In this document: one piece after another, positions 1 to 13,430 of the stretch
How the letters are laid out: every line of letters begins with the position of its first letter
How positions within the stretch are numbered: the first letter of the stretch is position 1
Assembly: GCA_052327205.1 (NCBI GenBank)
Contig: CM126219.1
Span: 50,034,001-50,098,000, forward strand
DNA length: 64,000 nucleotides
DNA from: Somniosus microcephalus
Lineage: Eukaryota
Direction of reading: 5' to 3'
Made by a program: the position numbers and the translations under genes
The notes under the pieces: generated by a model
What the model was told of the DNA's origin: nothing
Databases searched by the model: none
Seen by the model: only the letters and a program-made list of their open reading frames with translations

Positions 1-297
1 ACGTGAGGCTCTAAGCTAGATGTGGACATTGGAAATAGCAGCCCCAGTAGTTTGTGTTAACAGGATTGGTCAGCACCCTGCAGCTTGTCGAGTACAGGAA
101 ACATTTTGATCGTAGAAACCATAAAGATGATTTGGATTTGATTTGTGTTTATTGCTGTTATAAATAGCATTAAAATAATTGCTGGAAATGATGAAAACTG
201 TTCTGTAGAATTCACTATGCTGGGAAAAAATAAGTTATAATTGGCAACAGTATAATTTATTCTTGTCTAAAGGTCAGTTAGAAATATATAGTGCAAC

Positions 298-597
298 CAA
301 ATCGAATAGGGAATTCAGAAGAAATTTCTAGAAATCAAATAGTGTATTCAGAAGAAACTTCTTTACCCAGAGTGTGGTGAGAATGTGGAACTTGCTGCCA
401 CAGGGAGTGGTTAAAGCGAATTGTATAGATGCATTTAAGGGACGGTTAGATAAGTATATGAGGGAGAAGGGGATAGAAGGTTATGCCGATAGATGATGAA
501 AGACGGGAGGAGGCTCAAGTGGAGCATAAACGCCGGCATGGACTGGTTGGGCCGAATGGCCTGTTTCTGTGCTATATATCCTATGTAATCCCATGTA
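298..597 (+). mobile_element. CR1 LINE 3' terminal fragment
   Basis: ttcagaagaaacttctttacccagagtgtggtgagaatgtggaac...ggccgaatggcctgtttctgtgct...ctatgtaa tail. Confidence 0.85.
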
Positions 598-814
598 AAA
601 CCTCAAGAAAGCCAGCACTGTACTGGATTTAAAGAGTTCCTGTTATCCCACATCCTTGATGACGAAGGGCGTGCTGGCCACTTATCGGGTACAAGGTCAG
701 CCTGAGTTTGTTCATTCCACTCTTACTACTCCACTACAAACTCTAAACATTTTGACAAGTAGAAAGCTATTTGAAGTGAATGACATCAGTGTCATACTGA
801 CACTTTTGTGAAGG

Positions 815-1840
815 GCTTTTCACATGAAAGACTTTTAATTAAACTAAAAGCCTTGGGGATCAAGGGTAGAACATGGAACTGGATTAAAAAGTAACAGAAA
901 ACAGAGTAATCATAAGAGGTGTGTTGTCAGCCTGGAGGAGGTGTTAAGTGAAGACCCCTCCAGTGATCACTGCCTTGTGCCCCTCTTCTTTCTAACCTGT
1001 ACAATTGACTAGAATGCCAAACCCATTTGTAAGCTTTTCAAATTGCAAGTGAGAGTAGAGGCATAGGAAACAGTTTACAATTTGAAGATTATATCAGTAA
1101 TGCAAGTGAATTTATTACTGACAAATGTAAAGTATTCCCCATTGAGCAAATATGTGACATAAATCTACAATGAATGCAATATAATTTGCCCAGGCAGTCT
1201 TCGAAAGGTAACCTAGTAGTAATAGAAGATGCGTCACTTTCACGCCTAGACAATATTGCAAAGCAATTTTTTTTAAATGGAATGTTGGAATGTAAGGAGT
1301 AACCCCATGACCAATGCTTCCAGGAGGGAACCAAACTCGTGGGGTAGAGAATAGGAGATACAATGTTGCAGCTCTGTCTCTGACCCTCCCACAAGCACAC
1401 TTTTCCTTTTGGAAGTCCTTTGGTAGAATCACCCCTGGACAGCTATAACAGTACAGTACAAGGGTATAGAGGTTATACGAAGGCTTTATAATGTACTGGT
1501 CAGACCACACCTGTGCTGTGTTCGGTTTCGGACACTGCAATTGGAAGGCAATGTACATGCATCGGAGAGCATGCAGAGAAAAGCAACAAAAGTCATCCAA
1601 AGTATAAAGGGGATAAGCTTTGAGGAAAGATTATGTTCTATAAAATAGAGAGAATGAGATTAAATGCAAGGAAACTTATTGAAAAAAATGAAATGGTGCA
1701 AATTTTGCTTCAAAGTAAGTAAGGCTAGTAGGATCAGAGGACATAAGATTAAATTAATGAACAGTAAAATTAAAATAAGGATTAGAAAAAAATCTTCACT
1801 GAAAGGATAATCAAATTTTGGGAATAATCTTTCAGGTATG
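815..1840 (+). mobile_element. Old, decayed CR1 RT fragments
   Basis: Recognisable CR1 motifs (WNWIK..., ctggtcagaccacacctg, agctttgaggaaaga) with many stops and indels. Boundaries are approximate. Confidence 0.6.
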
Positions 1841-1999
1841 TTAATAGAGACAACAATTTGCACTTATATGGTACCTTTAATGTAGTAAATGTTCCAAGGC
1901 ATTTCACGGTGTGGGGAAGGGGGTGGGTGAGGTTAGACACTTAGCAGGAGCTGGAGGTTGAGTTGATGAAGTTGCCTGAAAGTAGATACAAACATATGG

Positions 2000-3420
2000 A
2001 AAAACCATTTGGTCCATCAAGCTCCCTACATCCAGACATGGTGCAGACTTTAACACCATGAACACATCTCCTTTATCATGCAATCTACCAGGAGATGAAC
2101 TCTTGGAAATTCCTTTCCAAATCCTTATGGCGATCAGGAGACAGCAGAAACTCATTAGTTTCCCTATTCTCAGTCATTCTGCAACCTTTAAAACTTGAAA
2201 TGTCTTCCTCTCTGAGGAACATGCCCAGTTCCCTTTTGAAGATCTGCAGGGAATCCATCCTCACTGCACACTCTGGTAATGTGTTCCAGGGACAGTGACT
2301 CTCTGTGAAAAGAAATTCTTCCTTGCATCTAAACTTACTCTTTCTTTATGTATTTTAGAATTATGCTCCCATCACTAGTCATCTCAAATAACTTATCAAA
2401 TTGGACAGGATCTATTGCCTTCATCATTTACAAAACCTCAATCATATTTTCTCTAAGCCTGTGTTTCTCTAATGAAAATAGCCCCTACTGCTGGGGTTAA
2501 GAGCACTAAGATTGGGTATCATTTTGGTCGGCCTCTTGTATACCTTCTCTAGAACCATGTTACCTCTGCCATGTGTGGAGACCAAAACTAGAAACAGTAC
2601 ATCAAATGTGGCTGTTCCAAAACCTAGTATATCCAAGGCAGAGTATTCTTAGCTTTATGTTGCACTGTCTTAGCAATACAACCTGAAGCTTTATTTGCTT
2701 TCACAATGGCCTCCTTGTATTGCATGTGGATCTTCAATAATTTATCTACTATGACTTTTCTGCTCTCCTGCTCTATAATCTTTAGTGGGCTCCTGTGCAT
2801 TGAACAAACATGCCTGGAATTTCCCAAACCCAAATGCATAACACTGCATTTAACTGCATTGAAGGGCATGTTCTATACACGGGGCAATTCCTCTAACTTA
2901 ACTAATTAGGCCTGTTTGCTATGCATTTGATCTAAATTGAAAAGCCCAAGCACAGTTTTATGTCTTCAACCTTGTGAATGGTTCTATTCACATCCTTATC
3001 CAAATCATTTATGAAGAGGGTGTACAATTACAATCCCAACACCAGACTCTGTGACCTGTCCCATGGAGATCCACTCCCTTTAATGGCGACCCTCAGCCTA
3101 CCATATTTCAACAAATTTCCTATCCAGCATATTATCTGACCGCCAATCCTATATGGTGAAAACCCAGTAGCCTTCTGTGTGGCTCTCTATCAAAGGCTTT
3201 CTGGAAATCAAAGTGTATAATATCACCGGATCGACATCTTCCAATAACTTGCTCACTTCTTCAATTAAGTCAATCGGGTTAGCAAGACATAACTTCCATT
3301 TCCTAAAACCATGCTGGAGTTCTCTAATACCTGCCGACCTCTCCAGGTGATCATAAAGCCCATCCCTCTTCATGACTTCCAACATCTTCCATATAGCCGA
3401 CATTAAATTCAGAAACCAGT
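2000..3420 (-). mobile_element. Old CR1 fragment
   Basis: ORFs 2624..2869 (FNAVKCSVMHLG...KANKASGCI) and 3149..3478 (LQHGFRKWKLCLAN) are degenerate CR1 RT. Confidence 0.8.
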
Positions 3421-3718
3421 AAGTGTAATTGAAATGGTAGATTTTGAGGAGGCATTGAAATGTTTTTATATTAACCATAGTTTTGGACTATCTTAGGAAC
3501 ATGATATTCAAGAAAGCAGATTTATATATGAAGAGTTGATATTATTCATCATTTTTATATTTAAGACTTTTCCAAAGTGACAATGGTTATGATCAGGTCA
3601 GATGATGTCCGTTGGCCATCATATTGCTTTTTATCATTCAGCTGCTTTGTCATAGCAGTGTTTTCACCAATTTCTTTACACAACCAGAATTTCTGGCATG
3701 CAATCATATGAGACTCTT

Positions 3719-4876
3719 GGGATGAGAAATTCATATACTTACCGCCACCAGTTAGCGCCAGCGATTCTCGAAAGAATGGCGGCCGCCGCTCTTGCGCCAG
3801 CTGGAGGTGGTCAATACGGCGGCCGCCATATTGGTGGGCCCCTTTACACTGCAGGTAACCGGCAGCGCCCTGTAAAAGAAATATGGTAGTGTGGTGACGT
3901 CAGTTGGCGTGCAACGCTGACTTAATGTCACCTACACGAACTTCGACCCTAGTGCTAAATTCAGCGCTGGGTCCTAAGCACGCCAGGTTAACCTGGCATA
4001 CAAGAAGGCTGACAGATGCTGACAGGGATGATATCTGCAGCTGTTAAAGGGATTTTATTGAAGTGGTAGCTTGCTGCAATATATGTGAAAAGTTTTTTAA
4101 GTGCTTTGGGAGTGAATGGGGGGTCCTGCATTGAGCAGTGTGTGAGGCTAGTGGTGCAGTTTTTCGGTGACGGCTTTTGAAGATGCATTCACTGACCTTG
4201 ACCAGCTTCTTTGGGCACTGGAGCCAGGTGGTGGGGGTGACACTGCTGGCAGTGATGGCCTTGGTAATGTACTCCCACATTGTTCTTTCTGGAGGGCCTC
4301 CTGGCTCCTGTGGGTAGAGGGCCAGTCTTGCAGTGTTGACCCCCTGCACAAAGCTGGAGTGCTGTGTGCGAGACCCTGGGTGCCCCTTTCCTGACTTGCT
4401 GAGCCATTTGTGTTAGTGCTGAGGTAGTTTTCCCACTGTTCAGTTTAGGAAGGTAATTCAGCTTTAAGAGCTGAATAATTACATTTGGAACTTCTTTTAA
4501 ATATTGAATATTTGTAAAAAGACAAAGGGCTGAAAAATGTATTGAATCAGTGCATTTTATTTTGCCTTGCTTCAATGTGCATGGCCCCTTTAAATTTCCG
4601 AGCTCCTCACTGCCCACAATGCATTGCGAGCTTCACAGCCTTGTACACAGACGCTCGGAGAAGCAGCAACACCGCACCAGGACTACAAATTGGTCCTGGA
4701 TCCCTTGTGCAACGCCACCAGGACAGCGTTGCGCCTAAGGTTAGTGCTGCACCACCAACCTCCATGCCCCCCCACACCAATTTAGGTCGGTTAACGCTGC
4801 GGCCATTTCAGGCAGCCGTTAACAGCAGTTGGTGGTGACACCGACTGCTTTGCTGGCGATCACCAATTTTTCCCCC
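3719..4876 (-). mobile_element. PIF/Harbinger-type element with degenerate Myb/SANT-like ORF
   Basis: Ends GGGATGAGAAATT / AATTTTTCCCCC. Minus-strand remnant APRVSHTALQ...LYPQ...MWEYITKAITASSVTPTTWLQCPKK resembles the Harbinger Myb/SANT (MSANTD-type) protein. CpG-rich subtermini. Confidence 0.7.
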
Positions 4877-5024
4877 TAAGCCTTTAGCAATGTATCGTTT
4901 TAGAAATCCATATATTAACATAATAGGTGACATCATCTTCAACTGAATAGTTCTAAAATTCATGTCTTTCGTGTCAGTGAGAAATTAAGTAAAATGTTGT
5001 GTAGGAATTATTTGTTATTTTAAC

Positions 5025-5340
5025 TCAGGTAGGTCCCAGGTTTGGTTCCCGGCCTGTGCTGAGTTAGCTCATCTGAGCTAGGGCAGCAGTTGGAGTGCTG
5101 CAATTGGCCTTCACACCCCTGTGCTCAGGAGAGAATAATCAATCCAGGTGAGTGACTGCTCCTGATTGCTGTTGATAGTGTGGACAGAAGGCGGGGGCAG
5201 CACCAGGCTCGAGAGTGTTTTCTCTGCCAGTTACTGATGAGGCACCCATGTGAAGAATGGGCACTTAACTGAGGTAGTAAAGGGCTTTAGGTATCCAGAC
5301 CCCAACAAAGAGTCCCCAGGAGAGGAAGGGAGAAGAAGCA
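5025..5340 (+). mobile_element. Old tRNA-derived SINE, unclassified
   Basis: B-box-like aggtcccaggtttggttcccggcc then tgtgctgagttagct. Related sequence by eye at ~12560-13560 (-), ~24830-25008 (-), ~36510-36800 (-) and ~48570-48830 (+). Confidence 0.5.
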
Positions 5341-8300
5341 GGAAAATTGGAAACAAAACGATTTTGAAAAAAAGATGGACTTGATCATGAATATTAGTTT
5401 TTGTCATTTTGAATTACAGCCTATCAATCTATGTGTGATGGCCAATACCACACAGTACTCATTAAGCAAACAGAATCTCTCACTTCTATCTGAAAACAGT
5501 TTTTCCAGAGCCAGTCTGTGTGTGTCATATCTCTTTGTGGCGTTTTGTGATGGTTCATTGCCTGTTTGTCTGTTCAATTTTTTTTCTGTGCTCTTCCTGA
5601 TCTATATTGTCTGACCATGTTTTCTGACTATCCTGGATTTCAACTGGATGGTAGGTTTTACAAGAATTTGTTTTGTATTGGCTTTAAGGTTTAACCGTAT
5701 GCCTGCACCTGTCCCCTTATTATCTCTTTAAAAAAACATATTTGGAATAACAGTGGTGATTTGAGTACAAATGATTAAGGATTGCTGAGGTAGCCATAAT
5801 TGACTGCAAGTTAGAAAATACAATTGTAGATGGGCAATGAAGAGCAATGTTCTCTGCATGTTTAATGGAAAAGTTGGCTTCTTAGTGGCAAACGCAACAA
5901 TCGGATTTTTGCTGATGTACTAGAACATGAAAATGTTTGATTTTTTTCACAGTCCAATTACAATGACAATTTAAAATAACTTCTCAAATTCGCAAACAAA
6001 ATGTAATCACAACATTTCATTGCCAAAGAGTGTTCCTTTGACACATCGCAAATGCATATTTTTTTCTGGATTTACACTAAGATGAAGCAGTGATTTTTTT
6101 CTATATAAGCAGCTGGCCACAGCTGGGGTGAAGGAGTGGCAGAAGAGGTCACGGCTGGATTAAGCCTACACATACAAATATTCTTTCAGCTATGTGGCTT
6201 GATTATTTTCCCTGATAATATGTAACCCATTCTCTTCCTCCTCAGTCACATTCAGAACAAATATTACTACATAGCTGTGGGCCAATGCTTATCTATATAG
6301 CATTAGCAGGAGTTACAAATTTGAAAGATATACAGTAAAAATTACAATGACCTAAAAAATCCACAAGCCAGTGATCCCAGCAATTATGGTAGGCTTTCTG
6401 GGGTCAGGAGGATGTTCCCTACTTTGTATCCCACTAGGGGCGCATCTAGGGTGCCCAGCATACTCGAAAAGATGGAGGTTGCCCTTCTTGGAAAATCTTT
6501 CAAAAAAAAAAAGTTTGCATCCTCTTTAGTGTTCCAGGCCTCAATCTTCAGGTGGGCCCCCACTTCTGCCTATCTACCAGGTCCCACTGAACACCCAGGA
6601 CATTCCAACATTTATGGTGATGGCCATTGGTGAGGTGGGTGGAAGCTAAGAGGAAACTCTGGGGTGGGGGGTGGGAAAGACTGGCGACCCAGCATTACCA
6701 GGTCATGGCCTAATTTCCAGCTGTGGTGGACTCCCACCACCGAAGTTATAACAGGAGTAACCGGAACAGCCGCGGAATTTCATGCTCAAAGGCTACAAAG
6801 TCAATTGGAAAACGTTCGCTTTAAGATGCACAACAATGGCACAAGACCTGCAAATGAACTTCACGAAAGAATGCAGGATCAGTAGCACAATAGTCCTTGA
6901 GCAAATATAGTAAATGATTCACGAATCCCCTAGCCTGAGTACCTCCACAGTGACAGAATTGTATGCAAAAATTATTTATTTTGTATGAGTATCAGTTATT
7001 GTTAATTACTAATTAATTATAGTTTTTTAATTGCAAGGTTATTACTGACAGTAATTACTATACACAATTTACCAGTTAACACCACACAGAAGGATTTCAA
7101 TTATTAATTATGAGCAATTTACTTCCAAGAGATACTTTCATAAACACATACAGACAGTATATCACTGGTATGTAAGCTAACCCACCTGCTGTGTCTTTAT
7201 TATTACTGCTTTGCTTTGAATTTTGTCACTGCAGACTAGAATATAGCTGCTTTAGTTATAATAATCTTGCACCTTATCTGGCCAAAACATCTCAAATTGT
7301 TTCACATAGTGAATTGCTTTTGAAGAAGTGACTTTTGTTATGCAAGCAAACATGGGGGCCATTCTGTGCAAGCCACTTCCCTCAAAAAAGATGAATGACC
7401 AGATAGTTGGGGTTCGGACTTTGGTGACGCAGTTTACGCCTGAAAATGTAAATTTGATTTTTGCACTAATACATTTCCAATTATCCAATCATTTGAATTA
7501 AGCAATATAAAAGACACAGCAAAATGGGAATTTAGTGCTAAAAATAATTGAATTGCCAGATGAATGCGAATTAAGCAACTTTAAACTAAGGGGAGTGGAC
7601 GGTCTGTATCAGCATCTGTTTCCAAACCCAGGCTGTGGTTTCCGGCCCTCCATTGCATCTCAAATCAGGAAGGCCAGGGGTAGAGATGCATGTGTGAGAA
7701 GGCATGGAACTGCCTATGGCTAGGAGAGAGCAAGAGAGAAGGCCAAAAGAGAGGCATGAGCAATGAGGTTTGGAGATGCCTATGGGTGAGAGGTAGCAAA
7801 TGGAAGGACCAGGGCCAGAAAGGAACAACCAGGGATGCCAAGGCTAGATTGGGCTAAGAAGGAGTGTTTGGGCTAGAAGATAGCAAGGCAGGGGGCTGGG
7901 ACCGAAATTCAGATGAGAAGCAATGACCAGTGATGCCAACATTTGCTGGAGGCTGAGGTACATCCAGGTGAGAGATTGGGGCCTGCCTCCCTCCCTATAT
8001 GAATACAGAGTGAAGCCCCAATGCTAGTATTGTTACAAAAATTACAACAATAGTACTTTTCCTTTAAATACCACTGCAATCACCTAAAGTGCATACTATA
8101 ACGTAGGTTTCACTTTGGGGAAAAAAGTACCTGTAATTGGGGCTCCAGTCAATATTCATATGGGTGTGGGGGGTGGGGGGTGGGGGTGGAGAGAGATGCA
8201 TGTCACCTCTGCCTCTGACCCCAGATTTTCTGCTTGCTTATATGGTGGTACTGAAGTCTGGGGCCTGGAGACAGGGAGCAGTGGAGAATGGCAGGGAATA

Positions 8301-9425
8301 GGACTTGGAGCCATGGTGAGTTGGTCCTGAAGCCACAGAGAGTGACAGGGGATCGGACTGGTGGGGTAGGGAGCAGTGCAGCTTGCACCAGGAGACTGGG
8401 GTTTGCCTAAAATTTAGCTGAGTGCAGAAGGGAGGAGTCGTGTGCCACATTTTTTGGGGGGGCGTGAAATTGGTCATATTTGTGATTGAACCAGTTGGTT
8501 CTGGGATCTGCTTGGTCAAAGGAACACAACAACCATACATTCTTACAGACATAAAAATTGATAGATTGCTCTGAATAATATGGATTTATGCAAATATCAT
8601 TTATAATTGGCAGAAAGCATAGTGTGGAACTCGCTGTCTTAGTGACAGTTTTGAGCAACATCAGACAATAGCAATTAATCCCTCTTGAGCATTGATGCAC
8701 AGACAGTCGCTTGGAGATTGTGGAACCACAGAGGCAACTTTGAATTTAAAAGCTTGTGCACATTGCCATAAGTGTATTGCAGTCTTAAGAGGTTTGACGG
8801 ATAAGACAAGGCATGTTGGACTGTGAATTACACACAATTGTGGTTTATGGACCTGAAGCTGTAACAATTCAGGAAACTATCATCAAGATTCTTTTAATGA
8901 CTAGTATTGCTTGCCCTCTTTGAAGCGCATTACCATCTGCACGCCTGATTATTAATATTCAATTGCATCAGCTTTCTTCAGATCTGCACTGCAAAATCAC
9001 TCAGCCATTTAAATGGTAGATTGCCTTTTGTGGTCTATGTTTTCTAGTTCAAATGTTTCAAAAATCAATAGCAGTCTCAAGATAATGTCTTATAAAATGC
9101 TCCACAATGCTGTTAAAATTCCACACAGTTTTTATATTCAGTTCATAACTGAAGTGGCAATTTTAATTGACCCATCAGCCAATATGGCAAACCGCTGTCA
9201 GTTGACTGAGGCTAAACCACTTTGTATTTGTGAAAATTGTTAATTTAATGGCCTTGAAATCAGCTCTATAAAGGCTAGCAAAAGGCATACTCTACTGCAT
9301 CTACTGCCTCCCTTACGGGGTAAAAAAAAAGTTTTTCTTCACATCAGGAACTTTGCTGTCCAGATATTGTAAACAGTAAAGGACTTCCTGGGAAAACTCA
9401 CCAAAGCTTTGCTTCCTCCTCACAG

Positions 9426-9554
9426 ACCAAACAGGATGATGATGATGCAGAAACTGGTTTAACTGAAGGTGAAGACAAGGAAGAGGAACCAAAAGAGGAA
9501 GAAAAACTGGGCAAACTGCAATTTTCATTGGATTATGACTTCCAGAGTAATCAG
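9426..9554 (+). CDS. SYT2: Synaptotagmin-2 internal coding exon (linker and start of C2A), 129 nt, phase 0-0
   Basis: Pyrimidine-rich acceptor ...gcttcctcctcacag| and donor |gtgaga. Translates [43 protein letters not shown], the Syt1/Syt2 linker-C2A junction. Not in the ORF track because it has no ATG. Confidence 0.95.
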
Positions 9555-10159
9555 GTGAGATGCCAGCATTCTGATTTCACTGGAACGGCAAGCCCTTACA
9601 AGTTGTTGTAGATATTCGTGCAATTATGGGTCATTCCAACATTCAGTTTGTTCTCAGTTAATCCGCTGAGAAGGATTCTCCTGTCCAAGGGGGGAAAGAA
9701 ATGGATGGTTTGATTGCTCACATGGTCGTGCTTTACTTTTTGCCCAAGCAGACCAAGAGGTATTCAAAAGCTATGAGCCTCTATTGGAAGGAAATGTAAT
9801 ATTTGAAGCACTGATATGTTGCTTATTGTAATTTGCCAGTCTGCAGCCTTCGAGTCATATAATGAAATCGCTTCTTAACAAGACCACTTGTTGTCACGTC
9901 GTTGATTAGTTGCTTTAGTGGACTTTAAATCACTCTTTATTTTCAATCTTATTTTTAAAACCCTATTTCCTCTTTCCCTTTACATCTTCCTATGCCACTT
10001 TGCCAACCCTAGCAGTCAGAGTGATTTGGGTGATGCCACTCCTAGGCCTCTCTCTATGCTGGTCACGAACCAGCCAACTAAAAGGTGTGAAATATAGTCA
10101 GGGTGATTTCTAACTGTCTTTCGCTTTCTATAGATAAGTGCTTGGCAATCTACATTATC

Positions 10160-11855
10160 TAAGAACACAAGAACAGGAGTAGACCTTTCAGCCCCTTGAG
10201 CCTGTTCCGCAATTCAATTAAATCATGGCTGATCTGTACCTCAACTCCATTTACCTGCTTTTGTTCCTTATCCCTTGATACGCTTACCTAATAAAAAAAA
10301 ACTATCAATCACAGTCTTGAAAAATTCTATTGATCCAGCGTTCACAGCCTTTTGGGAGAGAGAGAGTTCCATATTTCCACTACCCTTTGCGTAAAGAAAT
10401 GATTCTTTACTCAGAGTGGTGTGAAAATGGAACTCGCTACCACATGGAGTGGTTGAGGGGAATAGCATAGATGCATTTTCGGGAAAGCTGGATAAGTACA
10501 TGAGGGAGAAAGGAATAGAAGGATATGTTGATATGGTGAGACGAAGTAAACAGGAGGCTCGTGTGGGGCATAAACACTGGCATAATTCGGACGAATGGCC
10601 TGTTTCTGTGCTGTAAATTCTATGTAATTCCTGATTTCACTCATAAATGGCCCAGCTCTAATTTTAAGATTATGTCCTCTTGTTCTGGATTCCCCCATCA
10701 GTGGAAATCGTTTCTCTCTATCTACCCTATCGGATCCTTTTATTATTTTAAATGCCTCGATTAGATCACCCCTCAAACTTCTAAACTCAAAGTATTACAA
10801 ACCAAGTTTAGGATTCATAATTTAACCCTTTAATCACCCCTTCCAAGACCAATACAGGAAACCGACGTGGTGCCGGTTCATCAAAAATTCCGGATAACCG
10901 AAAGCTATAGTAAAAGATACGGAGCTCTAAAGCAACAAACCCTGTTGCTTAACAACAGGTTCAGAACAATGGCCACAAGTTGCAAGCGTCTCTGTAGCTT
11001 AGCAACAGCTGCAGCCACACCCTTGCACAGCAACAGATGGAGGAAGGCAAGTAATAAAAGTTACCTGAACCTACTCCTGAATTTTGCCGGTTAACCGAGA
11101 TTTCCGGTTATTTAGGTGCCGGTAAATCGAAAGTTTCCTGTATATCTTTCCTGAAGTTTGGTGCCCAAAACTGAGTGCATTACTCCAGATGGGGTCTGAC
11201 CAAGGCTCTGTATAACTGAAGCATCACTTCATCATGTTTGAATTCCAAACCCTTTGAAATAAAGGCCAATATTCCATTAACCTTTCTGATTATTTTTTGT
11301 ACCTGTGCACTAGCTTTTAGTGCAGGGACACCTAAATCCACAACGCCTAATCGCTCACCATTAAGAAAATGTTCTGATTTGCCTTTCTCGGATACAAAGT
11401 GTATGACCTCACTTGCCCACACTGAACTCCATCTGCCATAGTTTTGCCCATTCACTTAGTCTATCTATGTCCCTTTGTAACTTCCTGCTCACATCCACAC
11501 TACTTACCGTGCCTCCTAACTTAGTGTCATCTGAAAACTTGGATATACAACTTTCTATTCCTTCATCCAAGTAATTAATATATATGTTGAAAAGCTAAGG
11601 CCCCAGTATAGGTCTGTGGGGAACACCACTTGTCACATCCTTTTCTACGTCCAACTCCAAAACAATTACTGACCCGTGTCACAAGGTTACCTCCAATTCC
11701 GGGGCACTCTCATTCTGGTAATGACCTCTTGTGCAGATCCTTATCTAATGCCTCTGGAATTCCATATAGACACTGCCCTATCCACCATGCTAGTGACCTC
11801 CTCAAAAAATGCAACTAGATTAGTCAGACATAGGCTGACATTCACAAATCCATGG
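10160..11855 (-). mobile_element. CR1 LINE fragment with a nested opposite-strand CR1 3' piece (~10411-10632) and a MITE
   Basis: ORFs 10411..10776 (MRGDLIEAFKIIKG) and 11180..11455 (LQLYRALVRPHLE). 3' tail aagaacacaagaacaggagtag at ~10160. Confidence 0.9.
10855..11140. mobile_element. Tc1/mariner (Tigger/pogo-like) MITE inserted in a CR1
   Basis: TA|CAGGAAAC...GTTTCCTG|TA with subterminal (t)aaccg(g) repeats. The flanks rejoin to continuous CR1 sequence (ccaagaccaata|tatctttcctg). Confidence 0.8.
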
Positions 11856-12686
11856 TTTACATCCTTAGAAGTTTGGAATAGAGGGAGATGGCAAACTCAT
11901 GTCCTATCACTCTGTGGCAAACAGATTGCATCATCAACATACTGTGGCACTCGCCTTAGCAGCCTAACTTCCCATCTTGGTTTGTGCTTTAGTTTTAGTA
12001 CTGAAATTATAAAATACTTTTACTAGCAGACATGGCCATCAGTGCTAACACCTCACCATGGCAGCCATTGTATGACTGCATACGCTTCTGTATTTAAACC
12101 TGACAAAGTCTCTTGCAAGGCTCCTTGCCATGGCAACACTTCATAAATCTTTTAAAATGGGGCCCAATGGTCCGTTACACTTCTGTTGCCCTGGGCCTGC
12201 GTGTAGCTGATCCTAATTAAGACCAAACCACAATGAAAGGTACAGCACTCACTGGAGGGCTCTGGAAAGGCAATTGCTGCTGGTTATGTCACACTACAAA
12301 GACATAGATGACATTTCAATCAACAGAAGCCTTTAAAGAGTCTCACTTGTGTGCCCAAGATTTTCATTTCTCACTTGCACAACTGTAATACTCTTGGTTA
12401 TGCTATGTTAATGAATGGTAGTGACAGTGTATGCCATATATACCACGCCCAAACTGATTATTAGTGGCACAGCAGAGAATAAAATCGCACAATTCAATTA
12501 TTTTTTTCCAAATTTCTCTGTTTCTCTCCAAAATGCATTAATACAGTAGACCTCAACAGGCACTTGACAGCCCTTCATTACTTTGTTCGAATGACCTCTT
12601 TTTTATGCATGAGCCTAAAGAGTGAGTGATGTCAGCCCATTCAACCACATAGAACATCACAGCTGAGCCTATCCAGCTGTCATCTG

Positions 12687-13354
12687 GGGAGAGATTTTAA
12701 CTCGCTCCACCTGGCAGAAATAGGGCAGTAATGGAGTTAAAAGTGAGGTGGTGGGCATACCTCTCTGTTCCCACTCTGCCTCCATTTTCCCCGAGGCCTT
12801 CCACTGTGTATCCAAGGCATTCGCCGGACTCAGGTGGGACCCTCGTTAATTTATGTAAATTGGGATCCTATGAGGTTATTTGGGAACTCAAAATCATTTT
12901 AACTGCCTACCAGGCAGAGCATCTACTGTGGAATCTCTACTCAGTAAAACCTGCAGGTACAGCAGAAGAGGCCCAAAAGGTAAGTGTTAAAAGTACTTGT
13001 GTGGAACATGGAGGAGCAGGAGGGCTCCTCCGGGCTCCACAAGAATAATGTGGGCTACTGCCACTGCAGGCCCTCCCTCCCCCTCCCCCTCCCATAATTG
13101 CAGGCCCCCCCCCCCCCCCCACTGGACCTACCTTTCCTGTGGCTGTGTTGGTCTCCAGTCACCAGGCTACTCAATATTGCACTGGCCCAGAGCCGGCGAG
13201 CAACAGCAAGAAGGCAACCGCTTGGTGCCTGCAGCTTGCCCACGACATGGTAATAAGGCCTTGCCCTCAAAACTGACTGGACCTCCTGCCGGGGCAATTG
13301 GGCGGGCAGCCGGTGTGCTCCTCTGAAAGGCTACTAACAGTTAAAAGCTAGCCC
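12687..13354. mobile_element. Harbinger-type MITE nested in a SINE
   Basis: TIRs GGGAGAGATTTTAACT / AGTTAAAAGCTAGCCC with a 3-bp duplication CTG on both sides. Confidence 0.7.
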
Positions 13355-13386
13355 CTGATGTCTGCACGTATGCACTACCCAGCAGG

Positions 13387-13430
13387 GATCAGGACAGCGA
13401 TCAGGATCAGGATAGCGATCAGGATCAGGA
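13387..13430. repeat. Short tandem repeat of (gatcag) and (ga.agc) units
   Basis: gatcaggacagcgatcaggatcaggatagcgatcaggatcagga. Confidence 0.75.
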
